A stretch of DNA of 51,033 nucleotides from Streptosporangiaceae bacterium (GCA_035483035.1 DATHQE010000268.1:1-51033), one strand, 5' to 3'. Positions 9,136-17,503 are shown, counted from the first letter of the stretch. Numbers and translations: made by a program. The notes: a model not told the origin generated them from the letters alone.

Positions 9136-10377
9136 ATGAAGCTTGGTGAGGTGCGCAATGAGCAGGCGCGGCCGTTCGGCAAGCCGCTGGACGGCGTGCG
9201 GGTGCTGGCCATCGAGCAATTGCAGTCGCTGCCGTTTGCGACGCAGCTGCTAGCTCGGCTGGGCGCAGACGTCGTGAAGATCGAGAAGACCGGCATCGGT
9301 GACTCCGGTCGCGGCGCGCTGCCGGCGATGACCGATCCGCAGGGGCGCCGGGTCGGGGCCACCTTCCTGCGCAACAACCTCGACAAGCGCAGCGCCGCGG
9401 TCGACATCAAAACACCCGCCGGAAGAGACCTGGTGCTGCGGCTGGCGCCCCGCTTCGACGTGGTCGCCGAAAACTTCCGGCCTGGCGTGCTCGACCGGCT
9501 GGGCCTCGGCTACGAGGACGTCCACGCGGTCGCGCCGCAGTGCATCTACCTGTCAGTCTCTGGATTCGGTCACGCCGATTCGCCGTATCGCGACCTGCCC
9601 GCCTACGCGCCGGTCCCGGAGGCGATGTCGGGGATCTACGAGATGAAACGGCTCCCGGGCGCGGCCCCGATCCCGGCCCCGATGGGCGGGGTCGGCGACA
9701 CCGGCACCGGCCTGTTCGCCGTCATCGGCGTTCTGTCGGCACTGCGGCAGCGGGAACGCACTGGGCGCGGACAGCACGTCGACATAGCTATGTATGACTG
9801 TGTCCTGTCCATCACCGACATCGTCACCAACTTCTGGTCGATGGGGCTCGGCGAGGGCGAGCTCGGCGCCGCGATCATGCACGGCTTCCGGGCCGGCGAC
9901 GGCTGGTTCATCCTCATCTGCTTCCGCGAGTATGAGTTCGCTCGGCTCGCTGACTGCATCGGTCGCCCGGACTGGCACACCGATCCGCGGCTGTCCACGC
10001 GGGCCGGCTGGATCGAGCACCTGGAGACCGTGATCCGTCCGGCAGTTGAAGGCTGGGCCAGGGCGCGCACCCGCGCACAAGTCTGCGCTGAGCTGGGCCG
10101 CGCGGGAGTGGCGACCGCGCCGTGCCTGAAGGCCGCAGAGGTCGCCGCTGACCCCCACGTGGCTGCGCACGACATGATGGTGGAGGTGGAGCGGACCGAC
10201 GGGATCGCGCAACCGGTACTGGTGCCGGGTAATCCGGTGCGGATGACGGACATGGCCGTCGGTCCGGAGACGCGGATCCCGTGGCTGGGGGAGCACACCG
10301 ACGCCGTGCTACGCGCTGAGCTTGGCCTTTCCGACGACGAACTGGCGGAGCTGCGCGCCGACAAGACCATCGAATGA
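9136..10377 (+). CDS. Family III CoA-transferase (CaiB/BaiF family), second tandem copy
   Basis: GGAGG precedes the ATG. Motifs are LDGVRVLAIEQLQSLPFATQLLARLGADVVKIE, ENFRPGVLDRLGLGYEDV and GVGDTGTGLFAVIGVLSAL. Confidence 0.9.
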   Translation: MKLGEVRNEQARPFGKPLDGVRVLAIEQLQSLPFATQLLARLGADVVKIEKTGIGDSGRGALPAMTDPQGRRVGATFLRNNLDKRSAAVDIKTPAGRDLVLRLAPRFDVVAENFRPGVLDRLGLGYEDVHAVAPQCIYLSVSGFGHADSPYRDLPAYAPVPEAMSGIYEMKRLPGAAPIPAPMGGVGDTGTGLFAVIGVLSALRQRERTGRGQHVDIAMYDCVLSITDIVTNFWSMGLGEGELGAAIMHGFRAGDGWFILICFREYEFARLADCIGRPDWHTDPRLSTRAGWIEHLETVIRPAVEGWARARTRAQVCAELGRAGVATAPCLKAAEVAADPHVAAHDMMVEVERTDGIAQPVLVPGNPVRMTDMAVGPETRIPWLGEHTDAVLRAELGLSDDELAELRADKTIE

Positions 10378-11306
10378 GCGACAGCGCCGCCGCTCAGCTC
10401 GGCCTGCTGGAGACCCTCTCCAACTGGGGGCGGTGGGGACCAGATGACGAGCTAGGAACGCTGAATTTCATCACGCCGGAGGTCCGGCGCGCGGCGCTGG
10501 CGGTGACGCGCTCCGGACGCAGCGTGTCGTGCGCGCGGGAGTTGCGTCCTGACGTCATGCCCTACGCGGCGGGGGCGAGCGCAGTCCAGCGGTACATGGT
10601 GCGCTCGGGCGAGGGATACCCGGCGGACGTGCCAGCGGCGGCCGCCAGTGAGTATCTGGGCCTGGTCTTCCATGGCCGGTTGCACACCCACCTGGACTCG
10701 CTCGCTCATGTATTCGCGGGTGGCAGGCTCTACAACGGCGCCCCGGCCGGACAGGTGAGCACGGCCGCCGGAGCGGCCCGGCACGCCGTGACGGCAGTAG
10801 CCGACGGTATCCTCGCCCGCGGCGTGCTCATCGACGCAGCGCGGCACCGCGGTGTGGCGTGGCTGCCGGAGGGCGCGCGTGTCGAGCCGGATGAGGTGGT
10901 GGCCATCGCGGCCGCGCAGGCCGTCGAGCTGCGGCCTGGCGACGCTCTGCTGCTGCGAACCGGGCACGGGGCGCAGGTGGCGGCCTGGCAGCGCGGCGAC
11001 CCGCCGATTACGGGCTATGCCGGCTGGGCCGCGTCGTGCCTGCCATGGTTCCGCGACCGCCAGGTGTCGCTGATCGGCGCGGATACCGCGCAAGACCCGG
11101 TGCCGCCAGCTCCCGGCGCGCTGGTGAGCCCGATCCACGTCGCCGGGATCGTCGGGATGGGACTCTGGCTGCTCGACAACTGCAACCTCGAGGGCGTGAG
11201 CCGGGCGGCGGCCGAGGCGGAACGCTGGGAGTTCTTGCTGGTGATAGGCGCCCTGCGGCTGGCCGGGGGGACCGGCAGCCCGGTGAACCCGATCGCGGTG
11301 TTCTGA
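10374..11306 (+). CDS. Putative cyclase family protein (kynurenine formamidase-like, PF04199 type)
   Basis: ATGA overlap with the upstream stop. N-terminal SNWGRWGPDDELGTLNFITPE and the metal motif HGRLHTHLDSLAHVF are typical of this family. Confidence 0.8.
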   Translation: MSDSAAAQLGLLETLSNWGRWGPDDELGTLNFITPEVRRAALAVTRSGRSVSCARELRPDVMPYAAGASAVQRYMVRSGEGYPADVPAAAASEYLGLVFHGRLHTHLDSLAHVFAGGRLYNGAPAGQVSTAAGAARHAVTAVADGILARGVLIDAARHRGVAWLPEGARVEPDEVVAIAAAQAVELRPGDALLLRTGHGAQVAAWQRGDPPITGYAGWAASCLPWFRDRQVSLIGADTAQDPVPPAPGALVSPIHVAGIVGMGLWLLDNCNLEGVSRAAAEAERWEFLLVIGALRLAGGTGSPVNPIAVF

Positions 11307-12040
11307 TGGACTTCCGGGTGTGGGATCGTCCGCCCGTGCGCTGGCTGGCGCCGGCCCGACCGCACAAGCTCAACGCCTGGACCTACGAGATGGCCGCGCG
11401 GCTCACGGAGGAGTTTTCCGCTGCGGATCAGGACGACTCTGTCGCGGTGATCGTGCTCGCGGGTACCGGCGGCGTGTTCAGCGCTGGCATCGACAGGAGC
11501 GTCATTGCGGGTGAGATCAGGCAGACGCCGTTCGACGTCGAGGCCTTCATCCGGTCCCGCAAGCCCACCGTCGCCTGCGTCGACGGCCTTGCGTACGGGA
11601 TGGGCGCGACCAGCGCCCTGGCGTGCGACCTGCGCGTTGCCTCGGCTCGCGCAAGCTTCGTGTTCGGCTTCGTTCGCATCGGGCTCACGCCCGAGTGGGG
11701 CTCGTCGTTCCTGCTCAGCCGCCAGGTCGGGCTGTCCAGGGCCATGGACCTGTGCCTGACCGGACGCCCGGTCGCGGCCGACGAGGCCTACCGGATCGGG
11801 CTGGTCGACCGGGTCGTGGACGGCGAGGCGGATGCGGTCGAGGAGGCAACGCAAGCCTTCGCTGAGCAGATCGCCGCGAACGACCCGGGCACCGTGCAGC
11901 GCACGAAGGCCCTGCTCTGGGCTGGGTTCGAGGCGGCCGAGCTGGCCAGAGCGCGGGCGGCCGAGCTGGACGCGGCACTGGAGCGGCGCCGGTGGCTGAA
12001 GGAGCACGCCGATTCGCCGTCACGGCGCGACCCGGCATGA
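11306..12040 (+). CDS. Crotonase-fold enzyme (enoyl-CoA hydratase/isomerase family)
   Basis: ORF 11036-12040. ATG 11306 overlaps the upstream TGA by 1 nt. IVLAGTGGVFSAGID oxyanion-hole motif and ACVDGLAYGMGATSALACDLRVA. Confidence 0.85.
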   Translation: MDFRVWDRPPVRWLAPARPHKLNAWTYEMAARLTEEFSAADQDDSVAVIVLAGTGGVFSAGIDRSVIAGEIRQTPFDVEAFIRSRKPTVACVDGLAYGMGATSALACDLRVASARASFVFGFVRIGLTPEWGSSFLLSRQVGLSRAMDLCLTGRPVAADEAYRIGLVDRVVDGEADAVEEATQAFAEQIAANDPGTVQRTKALLWAGFEAAELARARAAELDAALERRRWLKEHADSPSRRDPA

Positions 12041-12049
12041 GTTGCTGCC

Positions 12050-13207
12050 TCAGGTCAGGCCGGGAAACAGCAATCGTGCGTTCTCGACGAAGAACTCTGC
12101 GGCGAAGCGCGAGTCGACCTTCGCAGCCATCGACGTGAAGACCTCGACCGGCCGTCGGCCACCCTCGACGTGCGGGTAGTCCGAGCTGAACACGTAGGAC
12201 TCGCGCAGGCCGTAGCGCTCGACAAGGACGTCTACGGGCTCGCTCCAGAATGGCGTGACGCGCACGTTGCGGCGCAAATACTCACTTGGCCGCAGCGGCA
12301 GCGCCTCGCTTACCTTGGCCAGCAGATCAGCGTGCCGGTCCAGCCGTTCGGCGAGCGGGCCGAACCAGGCCGCGCCGTACTCGATGACGCCGACGCGCAA
12401 CTGCGGGAAGCGCTCGAAGACCCCGCCCATTACCAGCGCGGTGAGAAATAGCTCGGCAGCCTGGTGGGCGACCACCACGAACCACGGGCCGAGGCGCTCT
12501 TCTGCGCCCGGCATGTCGGAGAACCGGGCCTGTAGCTGCGGGGCGTTAGCCCACTCCCGCGCGGGCATGCAGGGGTCGTCCGCGTCGCTGCTGACGAGGC
12601 CGCCACTGCCGATGTGGATCAGCGCGGGCACGTCCGCTTCCTGCAGCAGCGCCCACAGCGGGTCCCAGGTCGAGTGGGCGAACGCCACGCCCCCTGGCGG
12701 CTCGGCGCACGGCAGCAGCAGGCCGCGTGCGCCGGCGGCAACCACGCGCTGCGCCTCGGCCAGCGCCCACTCCGCGGAACTCATGTTCAGCTCGCAGACC
12801 GCGCGGGCCCGGCCGTTCGCCGCGGCAGTCCAGGCCAGGGCGTAGTTGTTGTAACGTCGGCACGCCTCCTGCGCCTGCGGACCTGGCACGCGCAGCTCAC
12901 GGAGAGCGGTGTTCGGGAACAGCAGCTGAGCCCGGATGCCGAGCAGGTCAAGGGCCGTGAGCCGGTCGGCCGCGTTCGTTGAGCCCAGCGCGGAGATGCC
13001 CTTCACCTGCCAGATCTCCTGGGCTGACCGGGCACGCGCCGCCAGGTCGGCGGGCGTGCCCACCCAGCCGCGCAGCAGCTCGATAACGAAGCCTGCCCCG
13101 ACGTCGCCGACAATCTCGGCCATGACATCCGGGTCCTGGTACAGGTGCGAATCGCAGTCCAGCAGCTGCCCGGTCAGGGTCGCCGCGGGCTCAGCAACGG
13201 TCGTCAT
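12050..13207 (-). CDS. Amidohydrolase_2 (PF04909) metal-dependent hydrolase/decarboxylase-like protein
   Basis: 385 aa with N-terminal DCDSHLY metal motif and C-terminal FSSDYPHVEG. It is a paralogue of 14222-15370. Confidence 0.85.
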   Translation of the reverse strand: MTTVAEPAATLTGQLLDCDSHLYQDPDVMAEIVGDVGAGFVIELLRGWVGTPADLAARARSAQEIWQVKGISALGSTNAADRLTALDLLGIRAQLLFPNTALRELRVPGPQAQEACRRYNNYALAWTAAANGRARAVCELNMSSAEWALAEAQRVVAAGARGLLLPCAEPPGGVAFAHSTWDPLWALLQEADVPALIHIGSGGLVSSDADDPCMPAREWANAPQLQARFSDMPGAEERLGPWFVVVAHQAAELFLTALVMGGVFERFPQLRVGVIEYGAAWFGPLAERLDRHADLLAKVSEALPLRPSEYLRRNVRVTPFWSEPVDVLVERYGLRESYVFSSDYPHVEGGRRPVEVFTSMAAKVDSRFAAEFFVENARLLFPGLT

Positions 13208-13242
13208 GGCACTCCTCGTAGCAAGTCCGACAGGATGCAGGC

Positions 13243-14106
13243 TCAGCCCGGCAGCTTCAGCAGCCGCAGGGCATTGGTACGCAGGAACTTGGGCCAGACT
13301 TCGTCCTTCAGTGGCAACAGCGGCAGCTCAGCGAAGATCCGCTCTAGCTCCAGCCCGAACGGGTAGTAGCCCCCGTAGAGAACCTTGTCCGCGCCCCTGG
13401 TGTTGGCGTAATCGATGATGGCCCTGGGGTAGTACTTCGGTGCGAACGCGGTGGTCGAGTAGTACAGGTTCTCCCACTTGAGCATCAGCTTGATCGTCAG
13501 GTCCACCCAGGGCTCGCAGCAGTGCCGGAAGACGAACTTCAAGTCGGGGAAGAACCAGCACACTTCATCGACGTGTCCCGGGTACTGGCTGTCCATCGGC
13601 ACACGCGGGCCGGGGACGCCGCCGTTGACGAAGATCGGAATATCGAGTTCGACGCACTTGGCGTAGATGGGATACGCCTTCTTGTCGTTGATGGGCACCG
13701 GGGGCACTACGCCGGCGGGCATGTACTGGGCAGCGATGATGCCGAGTTCGGACACGGCGCGCTCAAGCTCGCGCACGGCATCCATGGCTCGATTGGGGTC
13801 GACCATCAGGCTGCCGCTGAGCCGGTCGGGGTGGTCACGCAGGGCTGCCAACACCATCTCGTCCGACGGGTCTACGGCCAGCAGGCCGCGCTCGATGCCG
13901 AAGCGGTCCATTTCGCGGAGCAGCTCGCTGGCACTGTCGGTCGTGCGCCTGACCTTCGGCGGCTGCTTGTACATGTACCCCGCGGGATGCTCGAACTCCT
14001 TGCTGCCTGCGTCGTGCAGCATCGGCTCGAAGGACTTGTACCAGCCTCGCCGGTCGGCGTTCGGGATTCCGAGCAGAGTGTCTACGACTCCGATGTCGGT
14101 CGGCAT
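13243..14106 (-). CDS. Amidohydrolase_2 (PF04909) family protein
   Basis: ORF 13243-14151 starts at TTG. Internal ATG 14106 (MPTDIGVVDTLLGIP) is preferred. RHCCEPW and LYGGYYPF motifs resemble TIM-barrel amidohydrolases. Confidence 0.8.
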   Translation of the reverse strand: MPTDIGVVDTLLGIPNADRRGWYKSFEPMLHDAGSKEFEHPAGYMYKQPPKVRRTTDSASELLREMDRFGIERGLLAVDPSDEMVLAALRDHPDRLSGSLMVDPNRAMDAVRELERAVSELGIIAAQYMPAGVVPPVPINDKKAYPIYAKCVELDIPIFVNGGVPGPRVPMDSQYPGHVDEVCWFFPDLKFVFRHCCEPWVDLTIKLMLKWENLYYSTTAFAPKYYPRAIIDYANTRGADKVLYGGYYPFGLELERIFAELPLLPLKDEVWPKFLRTNALRLLKLPG

Positions 14107-14161
14107 TCCCACGCGTGCCCCTGAAGTATGTGAGACGTCGTCTCGGCCCAATTGTCAGTCT

Positions 14162-14175
14162 ACCAAGCGCTTGCT
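14162..14175. promoter_or_regulatory. KstR2-type operator box 4: ACCAAGCGCTTGCT
   Basis: Perfect core, centred between divergent amidohydrolase genes. It is bracketed by -10-like hexamers TAGACT (minus strand, 14157-14162) and TAGATT (plus strand, 14175-14180). Confidence 0.8.
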
Positions 14176-14221
14176 AGATTAGCGCCATTCGCTGACCGCA
14201 CAAGGCCTGGGGAGATTCGAG

Positions 14222-15370
14222 ATGGCAACTGACGCGCCAGCCGCGGTCACTGGCCGCATCATCGACGCCGACTCGCACCTGTACATGGAGCCCGAGGTCA
14301 TGGCGGGCATCCTCGAACCGATCGGGCGCGACTGGGTAGTGGACATGATCGAGTCGTTCAAGAACCGCGACGGTTTCGAGGCCGACCGGGAGCGTGCCAA
14401 GGACGACCCGTGGGCGGTGAAAGGGCTGGCGGCCTGGGGCTCGGCCGACGCACTTGGCCGGGTGGCGGTGATGGACCGCATGGGCATCTCCCGCGCCCTC
14501 GCCTTCCCCAACACCCTCGGCCGCGAGACCTGGCTGACCAGTGACGCCGCCTGGTCGGTTGTGCGCAGCTACAACGACTACAGCCTGCAATGGACACGCG
14601 ACACTGGTGGCCGCTCCATCGGCGTCTGCCAGCTCAACCTCACCGACATCGATCGGGCCCTGGCGGAGGCGAATCGGGTGATTGCGGCTGGCGCACGGGC
14701 TGTGTGCGTCTCCTACGCCACGCCGCCCGGCGGGACCTCCCCGGCCAATCCGGTCTGGGATCCCCTCTACGCCCTGCTCTCAGAGGCGAACGTGCCGCTG
14801 CTGGCGCACTTGGGCGCAACCGGCCAGTTCTCAGGCGGGCCAGACAGCCCGATGATGCTGCCGCGCGCGTTGTGGGACTCGCCCACGCTGCGCTCGGCGT
14901 TCCCCGATCAGCCCGGCGCAGAGGAACGCATCGGCCCGATCTGGACGATCATCGCGCCCATCGGGATGGAGGTCGTTCTCACCGCGCTAGTAATGGGCGG
15001 GGTCTTCGAGCGATTCGCGGCGCTCCGCTTCGGCGTTATTGAGTTCGGCGCGCAATGGCTCGGTCCCATCGTTGAGCGCATGGACCTGCATGCCGATCTG
15101 ATGGCTAAGGTCGGGGTTGGCCTGCCGCTGAAGCCGAGCGAGTATGTCCGCCGCAATGTGCGCGTCACCCCGTTCTGGAGTGAGCCGATCGATGTCTACA
15201 TCGATCGTTACGGCCTGGCGGAGACCTACATGTTCTCCACCGACTATCCGCACGTTGAGGGTGGCAAGGATCCGGTCGGCAAGTTCCTCGGCAGGCTCGA
15301 GCGCTTCGGCGACGAGGCGCTGGAGCGCTTCTTCGTCACTAACGCCGAACTGCTGCTGCCCTCGAGCTAG
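14222..15370 (+). CDS. Amidohydrolase_2 (PF04909) metal-dependent hydrolase/decarboxylase-like protein
   Basis: GGGGAG precedes the ATG. DADSHLY and FSTDYPHVEG motifs are present. Long colinear similarity to 12050-13207 (e.g. RVTPFWSEPIDVYIDRYGL vs RVTPFWSEPVDVLVERYGL). Confidence 0.85.
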   Translation: MATDAPAAVTGRIIDADSHLYMEPEVMAGILEPIGRDWVVDMIESFKNRDGFEADRERAKDDPWAVKGLAAWGSADALGRVAVMDRMGISRALAFPNTLGRETWLTSDAAWSVVRSYNDYSLQWTRDTGGRSIGVCQLNLTDIDRALAEANRVIAAGARAVCVSYATPPGGTSPANPVWDPLYALLSEANVPLLAHLGATGQFSGGPDSPMMLPRALWDSPTLRSAFPDQPGAEERIGPIWTIIAPIGMEVVLTALVMGGVFERFAALRFGVIEFGAQWLGPIVERMDLHADLMAKVGVGLPLKPSEYVRRNVRVTPFWSEPIDVYIDRYGLAETYMFSTDYPHVEGGKDPVGKFLGRLERFGDEALERFFVTNAELLLPSS

Positions 15371-15389
15371 CCGGCCGCTCAGCGGCCGG
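15371..15389. terminator. GC-rich hairpin at a convergent gene junction
   Basis: CCGGCCGC-tca-GCGGCCGG lies between the TAG stop 15368-15370 (+ gene) and overlaps the stop 15379-15381 of the minus-strand crotonase. The loop is very tight and there is no U tract. Confidence 0.4.
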
Positions 15390-16194
15390 TGAACGACACC
15401 GGACGCCGGTCGATGAAGGCGCGCAATCCTTCGGTGAAGTCCGCCGAGCGGGAGTTGACCTCGATGGCCAACGCCTCCTCCCGGAAGGCGGTGCCCCGGT
15501 CCTGATCGAGTGACCGGTTCACCAACGATTTGACCAGCCCGTACGCGACGGTGGGTCCGGATGCCAGCCGGTCAGCCCATTCGGTCACCACCTCGTCCAG
15601 CTGCGCGCGCGGAACTGCGCGGTTTATCAGTCCGATCGCGGCAGCCTCGGTGGCCGGCAGCGGATCTGCGAAGAACATGAGCTCCTTGGTCTTGTGGGGC
15701 CCGATAAGTCGCGACAGCAGATATGCGCCGCCGCCGTCGGCCACCAGGCCGCGGCGCGCGAACACCTCGATGAAGCTAGCGTCGTCGGCGGCGACCACGA
15801 GGTCGCAGCACAGGGCCAGGTGCACGCCGATGCCGGCGGCGGTGCCGTTGACGGCAGCGATAACGGGCTTGTCGCAGTCCAGGACAGCGCTCATCAGCCG
15901 GTGCATGCCGGCGGCGATGAGGCGGGCGATGTCGCCCACGGGACGCGCCGGCCCATTCGGGTCCGGCGGCGCCGCGCCGGCGTGCCGCAGGTCCCCTCCG
16001 GTACAGAAGTGCCGGTCGCCGCTCCCGGTCAGGACGATGACCCTGATCTCAGGGTCGCCGCTGGCCGCTTCGAAATGGGCAGTCAGCGAGTCCCGCTGCG
16101 GTGGCGAGATCGCGTTGCCGCGCTCCGGACGGTCGATGGTCAGCCGGAGCACGCCGCCGCCGAGGGCACGCCTGATCTGGTTGTCCTGCACCAT
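15379..16194 (-). CDS. Crotonase-fold enzyme (enoyl-CoA hydratase/isomerase family)
   Basis: ORF 15379-16512. Internal ATG 16194 (MVQDNQIRRALGGGVLRLTIDRPERGNAIS) gives a normal 271-aa crotonase. VLTGSGDRHFCTGGD and AAVNGTAAGIGVHLALCCDLVVA motifs are present. Confidence 0.85.
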   Translation of the reverse strand: MVQDNQIRRALGGGVLRLTIDRPERGNAISPPQRDSLTAHFEAASGDPEIRVIVLTGSGDRHFCTGGDLRHAGAAPPDPNGPARPVGDIARLIAAGMHRLMSAVLDCDKPVIAAVNGTAAGIGVHLALCCDLVVAADDASFIEVFARRGLVADGGGAYLLSRLIGPHKTKELMFFADPLPATEAAAIGLINRAVPRAQLDEVVTEWADRLASGPTVAYGLVKSLVNRSLDQDRGTAFREEALAIEVNSRSADFTEGLRAFIDRRPVSFTGR

Positions 16195-16225
16195 GCGTGG
16201 GACCTTAACGCAGCCCGGTCCGCGA

Positions 16226-16239
16226 AGCAATCGCTTGCT
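16226..16239. promoter_or_regulatory. KstR2-type operator box 5: AGCAATCGCTTGCT (one mismatch)
   Basis: Lies in the 76-nt divergent region between the crotonase start (16194) and the CoA-transferase start (16271). Confidence 0.65.
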
Positions 16240-16270
16240 TGGTAGCGAAGGGCCGTGCCACCATACCCGC

Positions 16271-17503
16271 ATGGCCGCCCCCCTCGCCGGGATCACGGTG
16301 CTCGACCTCGGCCGAGTGATCTCTGGTCCGCTGTGCGCGCTGACCCTCGCCGAGCTGGGCGCCACAGTGATCCGCGTCGAGAAGCCTGGCGGGGACTCGA
16401 GCTGGCAGCTGCCGCCTTTTGCCCACCCGGACGGCTCCATGGACGGCACCAGGCGGACCGAGGCGGACATCTCCCTCAGCCACCTCAAGCGCGACCACGG
16501 CAAGCGCAGCATCGAGGTGGACTACACCACGCCGCAGGGACGCGACCAGCTGCTGGCCCTCGTCGGCCGGGCCGACGTCCTGGTCGAGAACTTCCGCCCG
16601 ACCGTGATGTCGTCACTGGGGCTGGACTACGAGGTGCTCAAGCGCGTCAATCCGCGGATCATCCACTGTTCCATTACGGGGTATGGCCATGGCGGGCCAT
16701 ACCAGCACCGGCACGGTATGGCGCTGCTGGTCGCCGCCATGTCCGGCGCGCTCGGCAAGACCGGGTTCCCTGACGGCCCTCCGGTCACGCCGGGCTTCCC
16801 GGTCGGCGACCACGTCTCGGCTGTGTACGGCGTCATCGCGATCCTGGCGGCGCTGAGGCACCGCGACCATTGCGGACTCGGCCAGTTCATCGACGTCTCG
16901 ATGTACGACGTGATGGTCAACATGCTCTGGGACGAGCCGCTGGATCAGTATCAAGACGAGAGCCGCGCGGACCGACTCGGCAATACGGATCTGCGCGGCG
17001 CGCCGATCAACGTCTATCCGACGAGGGACGGCTGGATCGCGATCATGGGTCTCAGCACGGCGCACCTGGCCAGGCTCTGCGTCGAGCTCGACCGGCCTGA
17101 CCTCGCCGTGCATGACACGCTTGCGGCGCGCACCGCCGCGGCGGGCGAGATCGACGCCGCGGTGACCAGGTGGACGTCGTGCCTCAGCACTGCGGAGGCC
17201 ATGGCACGCCTTGATGCCATCGACGTGCCCAACGCGCCGGTACGGTCGCCGTGGGCGACCCGTGACGATCCGCATGTCGACGCGCGAGGGATGCTAGTCA
17301 CCCTGGAACACGCGGCTAGCCCGGGAGTGCCGCTGCCCTACCGCGCCGCGCGACTGCCGCTGATCATGCCGGCGGTCGAGCTTGGCGCTTCGCCGGTGGT
17401 CGAGCCGCTCGGCGCCAGCACCGCCGAGCTCGTGGGCGTGACTGACGAGGGGTCGCTAGGCGGGACGCCGGCCGCCGATGGCGGCGGTCACCAGGTCCAC
17501 TGA
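16271..17503 (+). CDS. Family III CoA-transferase (CaiB/BaiF family)
   Basis: ORF 15530-17503, whose first 247 codons are antisense to the crotonase. ATG 16271 gives MAAPLAGITVLDLGRVISGPLCALTLAELGATVIRVEKPG, the normal family N-terminus. ENFRPTVMSSLGLDYEVL is also present. Confidence 0.9.
   Translation: MAAPLAGITVLDLGRVISGPLCALTLAELGATVIRVEKPGGDSSWQLPPFAHPDGSMDGTRRTEADISLSHLKRDHGKRSIEVDYTTPQGRDQLLALVGRADVLVENFRPTVMSSLGLDYEVLKRVNPRIIHCSITGYGHGGPYQHRHGMALLVAAMSGALGKTGFPDGPPVTPGFPVGDHVSAVYGVIAILAALRHRDHCGLGQFIDVSMYDVMVNMLWDEPLDQYQDESRADRLGNTDLRGAPINVYPTRDGWIAIMGLSTAHLARLCVELDRPDLAVHDTLAARTAAAGEIDAAVTRWTSCLSTAEAMARLDAIDVPNAPVRSPWATRDDPHVDARGMLVTLEHAASPGVPLPYRAARLPLIMPAVELGASPVVEPLGASTAELVGVTDEGSLGGTPAADGGGHQVH

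Noticed and set aside
13208-13242. The half-site TAGCAAGTC between two co-directional amidohydrolase genes.
   Set aside because: It is only a 6-nt left half-site with no partner. The 35-nt gap is more likely a simple intercistronic spacer.
15530-16270. A 247-codon N-terminal extension of the CoA-transferase ORF (the track gives 15530-17503).
   Set aside because: The extension is antisense to the crotonase gene and would swallow operator box 5. The family-typical N-terminus starts at ATG 16271.
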